Shown: positions 47,257-57,558, numbered from the stretch's first letter. The stretch: 64,000 bases of DNA from Candidatus Yonathbacteria bacterium RIFCSPHIGHO2_02_FULL_44_14 (GCA_001823535.1 MHUT01000011.1:9864-73863), one strand, 5' to 3'. The notes: generated by a model from the sequence alone, not told the origin. Numbers and translations: made by a program.

Positions 47257-48972
47257 CTACTCGTTCACTACACGGAGGATTTCTTCGATTGTGGTAACGC
47301 CACGCTCGACCTTATCCAAGCCATCCTGGAACATCGTGGTCATGCCGTCTTCGATGGCTTTTTTGCGAACTTCGCCTACTGTTGCCTCGCGCAGAATGAG
47401 CTCGCGAATAGCGTCTGTAATACGGAAAAATTCATAAATGCCAATTTGTCCTTGAAACCCAGAGTTACCACAGACTCTGCACCCACGACCGCGATAGAGA
47501 GTGCTGGAGATAGCGCCCGTTGTGTGCCCCGAGAGCTCCATTTGTGCCTTAATGAGGCGTATAATTTCGGGGCTGGCGGGATATGATTCGGTGCATGAGG
47601 CACATATACGGCGCACAAGGCGTTGTGCAATAACAAGATTCACTGTCGAAGAAAGAAGGAACGCCGGCGCACCCATGTCTAGGAGGCGCGGGAGTGCCGA
47701 GGGAGCATCGTTTGTATGAAGTGACGACAACACGAGATGACCCGTGAGTGCCGCGTGGATGGCAATCTCGACGGTTTCGTTATCGCGGATTTCACCAATC
47801 ATGATAATGTCAGGATTTTGGCGGAGAAGTGCGCGGAGGCCGTTTGCAAAAGTGACCCCTGATTTTATATTCACCTGCGTTTGATTTACGCGCGGAAATT
47901 CATACTCAACGGGATCTTCGATCGTAGTAATGTTGACTGATGGCGTGTTGAGAATTTGAAGTATCGCGTAGAGTGTCGTTGTTTTACCGTGTCCAGTAGG
48001 TCCAGTCACCAGTATCATGCCGTGTGGCTTTTTTATCTCATTAAAAAGAATTGAAACGCCTTCATCAGAAACCCCTAGATCCTTAAGCGTAAGCGGACGC
48101 GCAGCGCCTTTTAGGATACGCATTTCAACCTTCTCTCCACTGAACACCGGCATAATATTCACGCGCACATCAATAGCCCCGCCATCCTCCATGTCAAAAT
48201 GGAAACGGCCGTCTTGGGGCACACGATGCTCGTCAATCTGCATGCCAGCGAGAATTTTTACACGCGCGACGAGGATGGGGTCGATTGCTTTGGGTAGGCT
48301 TACAATCTCTTGCATAATACCGTCAATGCGAAAGCGCACAAGAAGCTCTTTTTCAAGAGGTTCAAAGTGTATATCAGAAGCATTCAGGCTCGCTGCGTGA
48401 TCGATAACGTTATCAAGGATGGTGACAATAGGAACCGCTGTGGCGCTTTTTGCAACGTCTGCTTCACCAGTAATTGCGAGTGATTGTTCAACATTTTCTG
48501 AAATTATCTGATCGAAATTAATGCCAACCTTTTTTTTGTATTGTTTAAGTCCATAACGAAGACTTGGGAGTGTAGTCAGATAAACATCTACCCACATATC
48601 AAGTTTCGCGCGTACATACTCAATGGTGTCGTAGTCAAATGGGTCAAGCATTGCGAGCTTTGCGCGGCCTTGCTCTTTGTCGTATGCAAACAAAACTATG
48701 TTCTTTGATTTTGCGTAAACTTCAGGAATGAGCTCGAGCACATCGGGGCTGATAGCCTCTGCTTCTTTTTTGAGATTTACTATTGGAGCGCCGTAATAAG
48801 GACTGAGAAGCTCAGTAAAATAATCTTCAGGGATCTTCCCCCTGCCAATGAGGACATTTGAGATAGATTGCCCCGAGCGACGGGCCTCTTCTGCGGCAAT
48901 AACAAAATCTTCATCGCTCACCAGTCCCGAGTCGAGTACAATCTCTTTCAATTTCTCTTTTGTGATGTGCAT
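47257..48972 (-). CDS. pilB: Type IV pilus assembly ATPase PilB/GspE
   Basis: ASDIHFEP, PQDGR, TGPTGHGKTTT, TIEDPVE, GEIRD, TGHLVLSSLHTN, CASC/CRVC. Confidence 0.95.
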   Translation of the reverse strand: MHITKEKLKEIVLDSGLVSDEDFVIAAEEARRSGQSISNVLIGRGKIPEDYFTELLSPYYGAPIVNLKKEAEAISPDVLELIPEVYAKSKNIVLFAYDKEQGRAKLAMLDPFDYDTIEYVRAKLDMWVDVYLTTLPSLRYGLKQYKKKVGINFDQIISENVEQSLAITGEADVAKSATAVPIVTILDNVIDHAASLNASDIHFEPLEKELLVRFRIDGIMQEIVSLPKAIDPILVARVKILAGMQIDEHRVPQDGRFHFDMEDGGAIDVRVNIMPVFSGEKVEMRILKGAARPLTLKDLGVSDEGVSILFNEIKKPHGMILVTGPTGHGKTTTLYAILQILNTPSVNITTIEDPVEYEFPRVNQTQVNIKSGVTFANGLRALLRQNPDIIMIGEIRDNETVEIAIHAALTGHLVLSSLHTNDAPSALPRLLDMGAPAFLLSSTVNLVIAQRLVRRICASCTESYPASPEIIRLIKAQMELSGHTTGAISSTLYRGRGCRVCGNSGFQGQIGIYEFFRITDAIRELILREATVGEVRKKAIEDGMTTMFQDGLDKVERGVTTIEEILRVVNE

Positions 48973-49030
48973 TATTTTATTAGTATACCACGCAGTTAGA
49001 AAAAAATAACACCAACTGTGTACTAACTCA

Positions 49031-49188
49031 GTTGAAGCCAGGCTTCAACAATGGTACTAAAGCTTAAGAAGTAGATATAGATTGAGGGAAGTAAGGATTG
49101 GAATCGCAAAAAATAATGCAAACGGTGCCGCGATGAGAAATGACGCGGGCAGACTGACGTTGTTGAAGCCTGGCTTCAACAACGTCAG
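49031..49188. repeat. Two REP-like palindromes GTTGAAGCC-W-GGCTTCAAC
   Basis: 49031-49049 intergenic; 49154-49188 extended to 17+1+17 bp inside a CDS. Confidence 0.85.
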
Positions 49189-49719
49189 CAGGGCGAAGAA
49201 AACTGCAAGAGCAAAACTTAGTGGAACGAGAACCATTGCCCCTGGCCAGCCCGCAATTAAAAAAGCCAGGGCGATTATAGCAATGCCCCCCTCCTGAAAA
49301 AGTGCGGGACGATACTGTGCGTACAGCTTAAAAAACAAAACAAATAATCCCGTAATGAAAAATAGCGCGACGGTGCTCATAAAAAAATGCTGAAACGAAT
49401 AGAAAGCGAAGTATCCATGAGTACCACTGAATGCAGGTCGCATCCACTCGAGTAATGACGGAAATGGAACCTCAAGGGGAAGGGTAGACGAAAGAAATAT
49501 TTTTGTAAATTCACTTTTTCCCCAGACAACATACTGCCCCCATGTGGCAAAAATACCATACAAAAGGTGCAGTGAGACTGCGCCTAGCACGAGCCATTTA
49601 TAAGGAATACTTTTTAGCAAAAGTGGGCGAATAAAACGCACAACAACAAACATAAAAAAGATACCCCAAACAGTGAGGGCAATCGCATTAAAATTAGCTA
49701 ATAGAAAATTGAGGGACAT
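49057..49719 (-). CDS. Multi-pass membrane protein, possibly a divergent prepilin-peptidase-like fold
   Basis: About 6 TM segments; lies between pilins and pilB; canonical catalytic GxGD not seen (FQEGG). Confidence 0.55.
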   Translation of the reverse strand: MSLNFLLANFNAIALTVWGIFFMFVVVRFIRPLLLKSIPYKWLVLGAVSLHLLYGIFATWGQYVVWGKSEFTKIFLSSTLPLEVPFPSLLEWMRPAFSGTHGYFAFYSFQHFFMSTVALFFITGLFVLFFKLYAQYRPALFQEGGIAIIALAFLIAGWPGAMVLVPLSFALAVFFALLTLLKPGFNNVSLPASFLIAAPFALFFAIPILTSLNLYLLLKL

Positions 49720-49736
49720 AAGAGCTATCCTAACAA

Positions 49737-49774
49737 AAAAACACCCAGCCTGTCTAGACAGGCTGGGTGTTTTT
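49737..49774 (-). terminator. Terminator after the tandem pilins (perfect palindrome)
   Basis: aaaaacacccagcctgtct|agacaggctgggtgttttt. Confidence 0.75.
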
Positions 49775-49790
49775 AAGAAACTAACCTAAA

Positions 49791-50543
49791 CTAGAATAAT
49801 GCACCCGTAAGTGGTAAAAGATTCAAACTGTTACCAGATTCATACTTATCAGTATTGTCGCCGCCATCATTTGCCATTTTAGCGTCATCAACAGTGTAAG
49901 CATTACTTTCAAGCACTGCGTTCATTTCAAAGACGTATGCTGGCTTTCCCGCTCCAACACCCGCAGTAGTACCATTTTGACATCCGTAACGATACACGAG
50001 ATCAGAAGCAGTTGCAGTAGTTCCTATAGTGTTTATTGGGTCTACAGGGAAACTCGAAATTGGAGTTCCTCCCGTCAATGCTTTAAGATTTACGGGGATC
50101 CAGCCAGTGCCATCAACCTTTCCTGCTGCTGCACCCGCAGGAGAACCTGACGTGCTAACCCATGGTGTAAACGCAGAATCCGAACCTGCGGTGAGTGTCC
50201 CACCGAGTGTTGGGGTCACGTTGGCACTGTATTTGATTTTAGGAGCCGCGTTTGACGAGGTAACCCCTGCTGCAGTTGTCGATGTTGTACAAATTGCTCC
50301 AAAATTGTCGAGACTTGGTGTAGAAGATGCGGTAAGCATAATACCAAGCGCAGTCTTAACAGACTTCAAGTCCGAGATACGTTGCGCATCGCGCGCTTTC
50401 TTGAGAGTCTCTGCTGGGTTCAACATGAACACGAGAGCAATAGAAAGGATGGCAATGATTGCGATTACAATCAGGAGCTCAAGGAGAGTGAAGCCGCCCT
50501 CGCGCTTCACATCCATTTTTTTCAAATTAGTAAGTGAGATCAT
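49791..50543 (-). CDS. Type IV pilin (candidate major pilin)
   Basis: GFTLLELLIVIAIIAIL, NPAETLKKARDAQRISDL, PVDP. Confidence 0.9.
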   Translation of the reverse strand: MISLTNLKKMDVKREGGFTLLELLIVIAIIAILSIALVFMLNPAETLKKARDAQRISDLKSVKTALGIMLTASSTPSLDNFGAICTTSTTAAGVTSSNAAPKIKYSANVTPTLGGTLTAGSDSAFTPWVSTSGSPAGAAAGKVDGTGWIPVNLKALTGGTPISSFPVDPINTIGTTATASDLVYRYGCQNGTTAGVGAGKPAYVFEMNAVLESNAYTVDDAKMANDGGDNTDKYESGNSLNLLPLTGALF

Positions 50544-50570
50544 AGTGATAAAGTTATTTAATAATTACTA

Positions 50571-51287
50571 TTAGAAGTCTGTTCCTGCATCAAGAATCTT
50601 GAGGTTTGTACCTACTTCATAGAAGCTTGCATTGTTACCGCCATCAGAAGCACGTTTGTCGTCTGCTCCTGTTGTGTAAGCGGAACTCTCAAGTATAGCA
50701 TTCATCTCAAACGTAAGAGGGGTCGCTGAACATGCGTAACGGTAGAAGTAGCTTGCTGGTGAAATACCAGTAGCATAACCGTCAGTAGTACCTCCATTTC
50801 CGTTCAATGTATTTATAGGATCAACAGGAATATTCGAGATTGGTGAACCGCCAATCAAAGAATCAAAGTTTACAGGGATCCAGCCTGTTCCATCTGTAAG
50901 AGATAGGTTTGCTGCCCCTACACTCACCGCTGCAGCAGCGTATGCAGATGCACCCATGAGACCGGTATGAGTAATTGAAGTTGGTGAAGAATAATAAATC
51001 TTAGTTGGTGTAACTGGGGCAGTTAAACCAGGTGTGAGGAAACAAGGCAAGTTGTTTGTAAGACCCAAATAAGGTGTCGATGTACTCGTCAAATAAAGCC
51101 CGAGTGCTGTCTTCATTGTGCTCAGATCTGAAATACGCTGAGCATCGCGCGATTTACGAAGTGCTTCTGCAGGGTTCAAAACAAGAACAAGTGCGACTGA
51201 TAAAATTGCGATAATCGATATAACAATCAGGAGCTCTAGGAGAGTAAAACCTCCATCGCGTTCCTTTTTAAAATTCATTGAAGTCAT
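50571..51287 (-). CDS. Type IV pilin (candidate major pilin, paralogue of 49791..50543)
   Basis: GFTLLELLIVISIIAIL, NPAEALRKSRDAQRISDL, DGTGWIPVN, PVDP. Confidence 0.9.
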   Translation of the reverse strand: MTSMNFKKERDGGFTLLELLIVISIIAILSVALVLVLNPAEALRKSRDAQRISDLSTMKTALGLYLTSTSTPYLGLTNNLPCFLTPGLTAPVTPTKIYYSSPTSITHTGLMGASAYAAAAVSVGAANLSLTDGTGWIPVNFDSLIGGSPISNIPVDPINTLNGNGGTTDGYATGISPASYFYRYACSATPLTFEMNAILESSAYTTGADDKRASDGGNNASFYEVGTNLKILDAGTDF

Positions 51288-51407
51288 GTTTATAAAATTA
51301 ATTGTAATTAACTTTTTTATTATACCAGATACTATTTAAATAACACAATGGGCTGTGGATAACTCCTCGGGAAGGAAGGCTCTCATGAACCTCGACATTT
51401 AATTCAC

Positions 51408-51449
51408 AAAAAGCTACCCTTGTAGGATTACCTGCAAGGGTAGCTTTTT
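51408..51449 (-). terminator. Terminator after the signalling operon
   Basis: aaaaagctacccttgtagg-atta-cctgcaagggtagcttttt. Confidence 0.75.
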
Positions 51450-51459
51450 GACACGCGGA

Positions 51460-51840
51460 TTATATCTCCAAATACCCTTTCACCTTATCTATTACCTCCT
51501 GAATTGGATAGTCCACCTTTACCAAATATTCATTCGCTCCAAGTGCAAGTGTACGGTCTTGGTCGCTCTTTTGGCCAAGGTTCGAGAGAATAATAACGGG
51601 AATATTTACAAGCTCGGGATTTTTTTTAATTTCCTCAAGGACCATGAAACCATCCTTTTTGGGAATCATCAGGTCAAGGATAATCAGGTCAGGCTTTTCA
51701 GCGGTAATTTTCACAACTGCCTCTTCGCCGTCGCGTGCAAGCGAAGTCGCAAGACCCTCCTTTGCAAGTTTGATTTCATATACCTTTGAGATATGCTCAT
51801 CGTCTTCGACAATCATCACTTTTTTCTTGTTTTCATTCAT
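51460..51840 (-). CDS. Single-domain response regulator receiver
   Basis: MIVEDD, ILDLMIPKKDG, YLVK. Confidence 0.92.
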   Translation of the reverse strand: MNENKKKVMIVEDDEHISKVYEIKLAKEGLATSLARDGEEAVVKITAEKPDLIILDLMIPKKDGFMVLEEIKKNPELVNIPVIILSNLGQKSDQDRTLALGANEYLVKVDYPIQEVIDKVKGYLEI

Positions 51841-51846
51841 AGGAGA

Positions 51847-52233
51847 TTATGCGTAGCTTGATACTTTTTTTACAAGTGCATTAATATCGTAGTCACTTTT
51901 TACCAAATAGTCAACTATTCCCAGCTCGCGCGCGATATCTTTTGACTCTTCGCGTCCTGACACAGAACAAATAACGACTTTCATGTCTTTATATTCAGGA
52001 TTCTTACGAATCTCTGCAAGAAAATCGATTCCATTCATTCCCGGGAGCAACAAGTCGAGCCAGATAATGTCTATAGCAGAGTGTTCTGACTTAAGCACTT
52101 CAAAAGCATCCTCAGCGCGCATTACTGATATGACATGATGACCATTTTGCTCGAGCTTAAGGACAATTGCTCTATTGAGTGCCACATCATCTTCTATAAG
52201 AAGAATTGTTTTTGATATTGTATTTTCTTCCAT
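51847..52233 (-). CDS. Single-domain response regulator receiver
   Basis: LLIEDD, WLDLLLPGMNG, YLVK. Confidence 0.92.
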   Translation of the reverse strand: MEENTISKTILLIEDDVALNRAIVLKLEQNGHHVISVMRAEDAFEVLKSEHSAIDIIWLDLLLPGMNGIDFLAEIRKNPEYKDMKVVICSVSGREESKDIARELGIVDYLVKSDYDINALVKKVSSYA

Positions 52234-52238
52234 ATATA

Positions 52239-52640
52239 TTAGATAGATTTTTCGTACGCAGGAAAGATTGTTACTTCTTCGATAGTGATTCTGTCTTTTA
52301 TCTTGTCACGAATATTCTCGTAATCCACCACAATATCCGATGGTACGTCTCTGCTCTCTATAGATAATATCTTACCCGCAACGAGAGCGAAATTTTCTGC
52401 GTATGCTTCCATGGTGAGATGAAATATATTTGCCATGCGACGTACTTCCTCGTCTGATGATTTTATAAGTGCCGGATAAAGCTCTGTATCTTCTTTCCTT
52501 AAATGTGGCTCTAGTACCGCTTGTAATTTCTGAATAAGATTTTTTTTATTTTCTAGGTCGTTTGTCGCATCCATCGAATCGAAAATATCGCGGATTACCT
52601 GATGTTCTCCCTCGAGGGTTTTAATGAAGTCTGTGCTCAT
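52239..52640 (-). CDS. Hemerythrin-like (HHE) domain protein, partly degenerate
   Basis: LEGEHQVI, HLRKEDTELYP, RITIEEVTIFP. Confidence 0.75.
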   Translation of the reverse strand: MSTDFIKTLEGEHQVIRDIFDSMDATNDLENKKNLIQKLQAVLEPHLRKEDTELYPALIKSSDEEVRRMANIFHLTMEAYAENFALVAGKILSIESRDVPSDIVVDYENIRDKIKDRITIEEVTIFPAYEKSI

Positions 52641-52773
52641 AATGATTTAATTATTTTTTAAATTATACTTACAACTGCAATTTTTATCTCAAGAGCATTA
52701 TATGATTATGCAAGCGTCTTTGCAACTTTCTTTTACCGTTGGTAGCAATTACGTACATGCTCCAAAAACGAAA

Positions 52774-55200
52774 TTAAAGCGGTACGGTAAAGAAAAATGT
52801 CGTCCCCTGCCCTTCAGTGCCCTCAAACCAAACCTTACCGCCCCATGACTCAACCAAATCCTTTACCAGTGCGAGACCGAGACCAGAACCGTCCGGCGCC
52901 CACGCGCGAGCATTTTCCGCACGAAAGAATTTCGAGAAGATACGCGGGCGCTGATTTTCGGGAATACCAATACCGTTGTCACGCACCATATAAACAACTT
53001 CTTTCTTTTCATTGTCCACACTCCATTTTATTTCAATAGTGCCATTCTCGTTTGAATAGCGAATCGCATTGGAAATAAGATTTAGTACCACCTGACGCAG
53101 TGTGAGCGAGTCCTGCGATACAACAACAGGGCCCATGTCTCCTGAAATTATGTTGAGCACGAGTTTCTTCTCGTCAATCTGCGGTGCAAGCTCTTTTGCA
53201 ATCTCCCCAGTAAATACATCGAGGTCTATTGGAGTCTTGATTGTTTTAATCTTCCCACTTTCAACGCGAGAGATGCCAAGCAAAAGATCTACTGTTTGAT
53301 AAAGGCGCTCGGCTCCACCGTGGACCTCGGTCAAAAAATCGCGTTGCGAAGCAGAAAGTTCGCCAGCATCTCCCGAGAGGAGCATCTCCGCATACCACCT
53401 TATAGTCGTGAGAGGAGTACGAAGCTGGTGTGATGCAACCGATATAAAACCCGACTTTGCGTCATCGAGTTCGCGATCCTTTGTCGCATCGCGGATCACA
53501 ACCACAGCCCCAGCCACCACACCATCCAAAGGTGCGACAGAAAAGACGATCGGAATCTTTTCTGTATGATTTTCTGTTGAAATAGAGAAGTCGTCATCCA
53601 GCGTCACCTCAATGGTTTTTTTGGTCAAAAATACTTCCTCGAAAGGCCACAGGGCAGGAGGTATTACTTCTTTTCTTTTTTTCCAGAAAGTAATAATGGT
53701 ACGCAGGTCTTTCCCATTGATCTCCTCCCGAGCCATACCAAACATTGTTGCCGCTACAGGGTTTATCAGCACAACGCGATAGGCACCATCGATAATGAGA
53801 AGTCCATCGCCAATTGATGAGAGAATCGTTTGCAATCGGTTTTTTTCTACCTCAAGCCTCTCTTTCGCTTGCCAAGCATCCTCGAGGAGGTTCACTTGAG
53901 CGCGACGCGACTGGTCTAGGAATTTTTCTTGTTGCTCATGCACTTTGACATCGCGCTCAAGCAGAGATGCTTCCTTTTTAATTTTCTCGTTCGCTACATT
54001 AAGTTTCTCCTGAGATGCTTGCACTGTTTCGATCATGATATTAAACGCCCGCGCGAGGTCCGCGGTTTCATCTTTTCCTGAAACTGGCGTGCGTATAGTG
54101 AGATCTCCTTTTATTGCGCAATTAAGTGCGGTAACAACCTCACTGATACGTGCCAATGGTCGACGCACAAAAAAGAAGATAATAAAGATACCCAAAACAA
54201 ATACTGCCACCGACGCCACCGCCGTACCCCGCGCAAGTGCCGTCATGGTAGAGAAGATCTCATCCTTTTGAACTTCTACGATAATAACGTCTCTTTCTTT
54301 CTGAAAACACATAGACGAGCCGATAACACGAACTCCTTGATAGTTGTCATACTCCCCATGAATTTCTCTCCCGTTATTCAAACACTCGCGCACGGGGAAC
54401 GTATCGACTTTTTGTCTCTGCGTTATATCCTGCACATAACGGGAGGGGGTAACCATGGTGCGTTCACTGTTTACCAGATAAACATCGGAAGTCTCGTAGC
54501 TTTTTAAAAACAGACCTGTCGTTAGTCTTACTGTTTCATTGTTGCTCGAAGCACCAAGGGCTTCGGCAGCCTGCGACAAGTTGGCAAAATGGATCAGGAG
54601 TATCGCGTCAAGGGGCACAAATTCTCCAGTTTTGTCTTCAGAAAATAACAACACACTCGAATGAATAAAAGGGACAGGACTCTCTCTATCCTCTATCACG
54701 ACACCGGACACGAACGCTTCGCCAAATTTCGAATTGGTCACTTCATCAAAATTGTGTGTTTTATTCCCGATTGATGTTTTTTCTATATTCTCATCCCTTC
54801 CTATGCGTTCAGGTTTTGTGGATGCAAAGATGATGCCATTACGATTAATGAGATCAACCAAGAAAATTGTTTTATCATACGGCATCTTTTTTTCGTTCAA
54901 ATAAACGCTGAATTCTTTTGCGAGCCGCGTTCGGTCAGGAGATCCCTCTGAAGCGGCAAGTATTGCTTTTGCGATACTCTGAATTTTTATATCAGACGAC
55001 CAGTCAAGAGTACGTGTCTTGATAACCTCCCTAAAGACAAGGTAGGTGCTTTCAGTTTGTTCAGCAATGATGCGGAAGTTATCGGTTGTTTGTTTTTTGA
55101 AAACTCCTCCGATGACGTATTGCGTGTAGAGAAAAATACCGAGCGTGATTACAAAGAGAAATAATCCAAAAAAGATTGCGGCTTGGGTACGTAACTTCAT
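52774..55200 (-). CDS. Membrane sensor histidine kinase (paralogue of 18041..20425)
   Basis: MKLRTQ start, HAMP, PAS, ASHQLRTPL, NAIRYS, DNGIGIP, GSGLGL. Confidence 0.92.
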   Translation of the reverse strand: MKLRTQAAIFFGLFLFVITLGIFLYTQYVIGGVFKKQTTDNFRIIAEQTESTYLVFREVIKTRTLDWSSDIKIQSIAKAILAASEGSPDRTRLAKEFSVYLNEKKMPYDKTIFLVDLINRNGIIFASTKPERIGRDENIEKTSIGNKTHNFDEVTNSKFGEAFVSGVVIEDRESPVPFIHSSVLLFSEDKTGEFVPLDAILLIHFANLSQAAEALGASSNNETVRLTTGLFLKSYETSDVYLVNSERTMVTPSRYVQDITQRQKVDTFPVRECLNNGREIHGEYDNYQGVRVIGSSMCFQKERDVIIVEVQKDEIFSTMTALARGTAVASVAVFVLGIFIIFFFVRRPLARISEVVTALNCAIKGDLTIRTPVSGKDETADLARAFNIMIETVQASQEKLNVANEKIKKEASLLERDVKVHEQQEKFLDQSRRAQVNLLEDAWQAKERLEVEKNRLQTILSSIGDGLLIIDGAYRVVLINPVAATMFGMAREEINGKDLRTIITFWKKRKEVIPPALWPFEEVFLTKKTIEVTLDDDFSISTENHTEKIPIVFSVAPLDGVVAGAVVVIRDATKDRELDDAKSGFISVASHQLRTPLTTIRWYAEMLLSGDAGELSASQRDFLTEVHGGAERLYQTVDLLLGISRVESGKIKTIKTPIDLDVFTGEIAKELAPQIDEKKLVLNIISGDMGPVVVSQDSLTLRQVVLNLISNAIRYSNENGTIEIKWSVDNEKKEVVYMVRDNGIGIPENQRPRIFSKFFRAENARAWAPDGSGLGLALVKDLVESWGGKVWFEGTEGQGTTFFFTVPL

Positions 55201-55274
55201 AGTGTGTACTTTGTTTGCAAATAGTATAGCATGCAAATAAATATAAGACACCTGTGGGAAAACCACAGGTGTCT

Positions 55275-55342
55275 TATATTAGCTCCTCGGCTCGGAAATG
55301 AAAAAATATTTTTTCATTTCCCTCGCTCTACGTCGCTAATAA
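55275..55342. repeat. TATTAGC/GCTAATA structured element, second copy
   Basis: tatattagctcctcggctc-[hairpin]-tctacgtcgctaataa; ends identical to 37602-37620 and 37681-37696. Confidence 0.8.
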
Positions 55343-55502
55343 CTTGGCGGGCCCATCCGCCTACTTTTGCATTATTGCGCGGTGTTTTTTAATATTTTTG
55401 CTTAAAATATTATGCATCAGCAAAAGAGATTGCCTTTTGTGTGGATATGCAACAAAAAACACTATGCAAAAAGTAGGTGTGGGGGTATACTACTTGGATA
55501 GA

Positions 55503-56966
55503 ATGAACATTTTAAATCTTCTTAAAAATGAAAATCGTGTCGCGGGAATCGAAATTAGTGATTCCGTAGTTCGTGTTGCATTTTTTCGTCTGCAAAAAAA
55601 GAAACGACTCACATCGAAAACAAGCACTGAGGAAGGTAAGCTTGTTCTCATTGAAGAGCCCATTGCCGCGAATATTATTCAGGATGGCATCATTGTTGAT
55701 GTCGACCTCCTTGGAAAAACACTCGGGAGCATTTGGAAGAAAGCAGCGCTTGATACCAATTATGCCATCATCGCTATCCCCGACGATAAAATTTACTCAA
55801 GAATTTTTTCGTTTCCAAAATCTGTCGCTGAAACGCGCCTTACCGAAGCAATGCGTCTCGCAATCGGTTATCAACTTCCCATGAAAACCGACGATGTGTA
55901 TCTCGACTGGGAGAGAACCACTGGCACTGCAGGCACCAATGAAATTCTTCTTTCCACCATCCCTCGCGCTGTTGCCGAGGGGTATGTTCAAGCGCTCGAA
56001 CAAGCGGGGATAAAAACACTTGCGCTCGAAAGCCATCTTGCAGCTATTGCACGGGCGATAAAACTTACACATGGGGAGATGACACTCTTTTCAAAAAAAA
56101 CACCCGACGGAACTACTATTTTTGCGCTCAAAGATAGAATTCTGCGATTTTCGCGCACTTTTCCTCTCCGTTTTGTTCCCGAAGAACAAATCCCAAATGA
56201 AATTAAAAAAATCAAATCGGCGCTCGCGACAGACACAAACGAGCATATTATGGAACAAGATCTCCTTGACGCGACAGTCTGCGATGAATATGCGGCCCGC
56301 GCTGAGATTACCGATCCAAAATCAAAGTGGCTCGTTGCTCTAGGTGCTGCTATCCGCAGCAAAATCCCCGAAGGCAGCGACAATCTCATAAGCCTCCTTC
56401 CTGTGGGGACAGAGGAGGCTTATTCGTACCAGCGCGCAACGACATTCATAGTCGTTATGAGAAATCTAATCATTAGTGTTTCTCTATTTTTTATTGTGGC
56501 ATATCTTGCGACATATCTTTTTATGTTCTCATTGTCGAAAAACACAACAGAGCGAATCACAACACTATCAGCATCCGCGGTTCCTCCCGAGCTTGCTGAA
56601 AAAGAAGGTCAGATTAGCGACATCAACTCCCTTACCGAAACAAGCGCGACATTTCTTGCACAAATGCCCGTGTGGAGCAATGTCCTTACCGAACTAGTCG
56701 CTCGCACTCCGGAAGGAATCACCATTTCTATGTTTTCCGGCCCTTTTTTCAATGAAAAATTTTCTCTTACGGGCGTAGCGACAAACCGCATGACTTTAAA
56801 TAATTACAAAAAAATCCTTCAAGACTCGCCGATGCTTTCCGAAGTTGAACTCCCTTTGACTAATCTCGAGCAGAAAGGGGAGGTTCCTTTCGCGATATCA
56901 TTTCGCCTGAAGGACCCCGGTGCGCTATACTATACTCAAGTGAACAAACAGGAGGAAAAGATATAA
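55503..56966 (+). CDS. PilM-like domain fused to TM and PilN-like domain
   Basis: AGIEISDSVVRV, IQDGIIVD, DDVYLDW, VALGAAIR, then ISLLP, TM, PEGITI, LTGVA. Confidence 0.78.
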   Translation: MNILNLLKNENRVAGIEISDSVVRVAFFRLQKKKRLTSKTSTEEGKLVLIEEPIAANIIQDGIIVDVDLLGKTLGSIWKKAALDTNYAIIAIPDDKIYSRIFSFPKSVAETRLTEAMRLAIGYQLPMKTDDVYLDWERTTGTAGTNEILLSTIPRAVAEGYVQALEQAGIKTLALESHLAAIARAIKLTHGEMTLFSKKTPDGTTIFALKDRILRFSRTFPLRFVPEEQIPNEIKKIKSALATDTNEHIMEQDLLDATVCDEYAARAEITDPKSKWLVALGAAIRSKIPEGSDNLISLLPVGTEEAYSYQRATTFIVVMRNLIISVSLFFIVAYLATYLFMFSLSKNTTERITTLSASAVPPELAEKEGQISDINSLTETSATFLAQMPVWSNVLTELVARTPEGITISMFSGPFFNEKFSLTGVATNRMTLNNYKKILQDSPMLSEVELPLTNLEQKGEVPFAISFRLKDPGALYYTQVNKQEEKI

Positions 56967-56994
56967 TACTCTAGCAATCAAACACACTGACACC

Positions 56995-57552
56995 ATGTTC
57001 ACTACAAAAAATCTTTTTACACTCGTCACCAAATATATTCTTATCGCTTTTGCGGTTGTTCTTTTTACGTCGGGAGTTGTATTCTTTCTTTCTGGGCAAA
57101 TCACCAAAGTATCGAACAGAACTGCAAAGGACCGCCAACTTGTCACAATGCTAAGCGAGCGAACAGCTGTTCTTTCTAATTTGAAACACGACACCGATAT
57201 CATCGGAGCAAACGAATCAACCATTAAACAAGCATTTATCCCATCCAATAACATTCTCGAGTTTGTCGCTGCCTTCGAAAACCTAGCTTCAAAAAACGGT
57301 CTCACGCAAGCATTTCATTTCTCATCACCAACGACAATGGATACAGGGTCCCCAATCACCCTCACAACGATTGGCTATCAAAACAATATCTCGTCAAATG
57401 TCTCTGTATTCATTAACTATCTCAAAGATTTTGAGCGGCTTCCCTATTTTACCAAAATTGACTCTATAAATATTTCTTCTGGCAAGGAAGGCTGGTACGG
57501 CACGGCAGCGATATCCTTCAGCGCGACTATCATCGCACGCTCGACACAATAA
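56995..57552 (+). CDS. PilO-like protein
   Basis: N-terminal TM, coiled coil, YLKDFERLPYFTKIDSINI; follows pilMN. Confidence 0.65.
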   Translation: MFTTKNLFTLVTKYILIAFAVVLFTSGVVFFLSGQITKVSNRTAKDRQLVTMLSERTAVLSNLKHDTDIIGANESTIKQAFIPSNNILEFVAAFENLASKNGLTQAFHFSSPTTMDTGSPITLTTIGYQNNISSNVSVFINYLKDFERLPYFTKIDSINISSGKEGWYGTAAISFSATIIARSTQ

Positions 57553-57558
57553 ACAACC

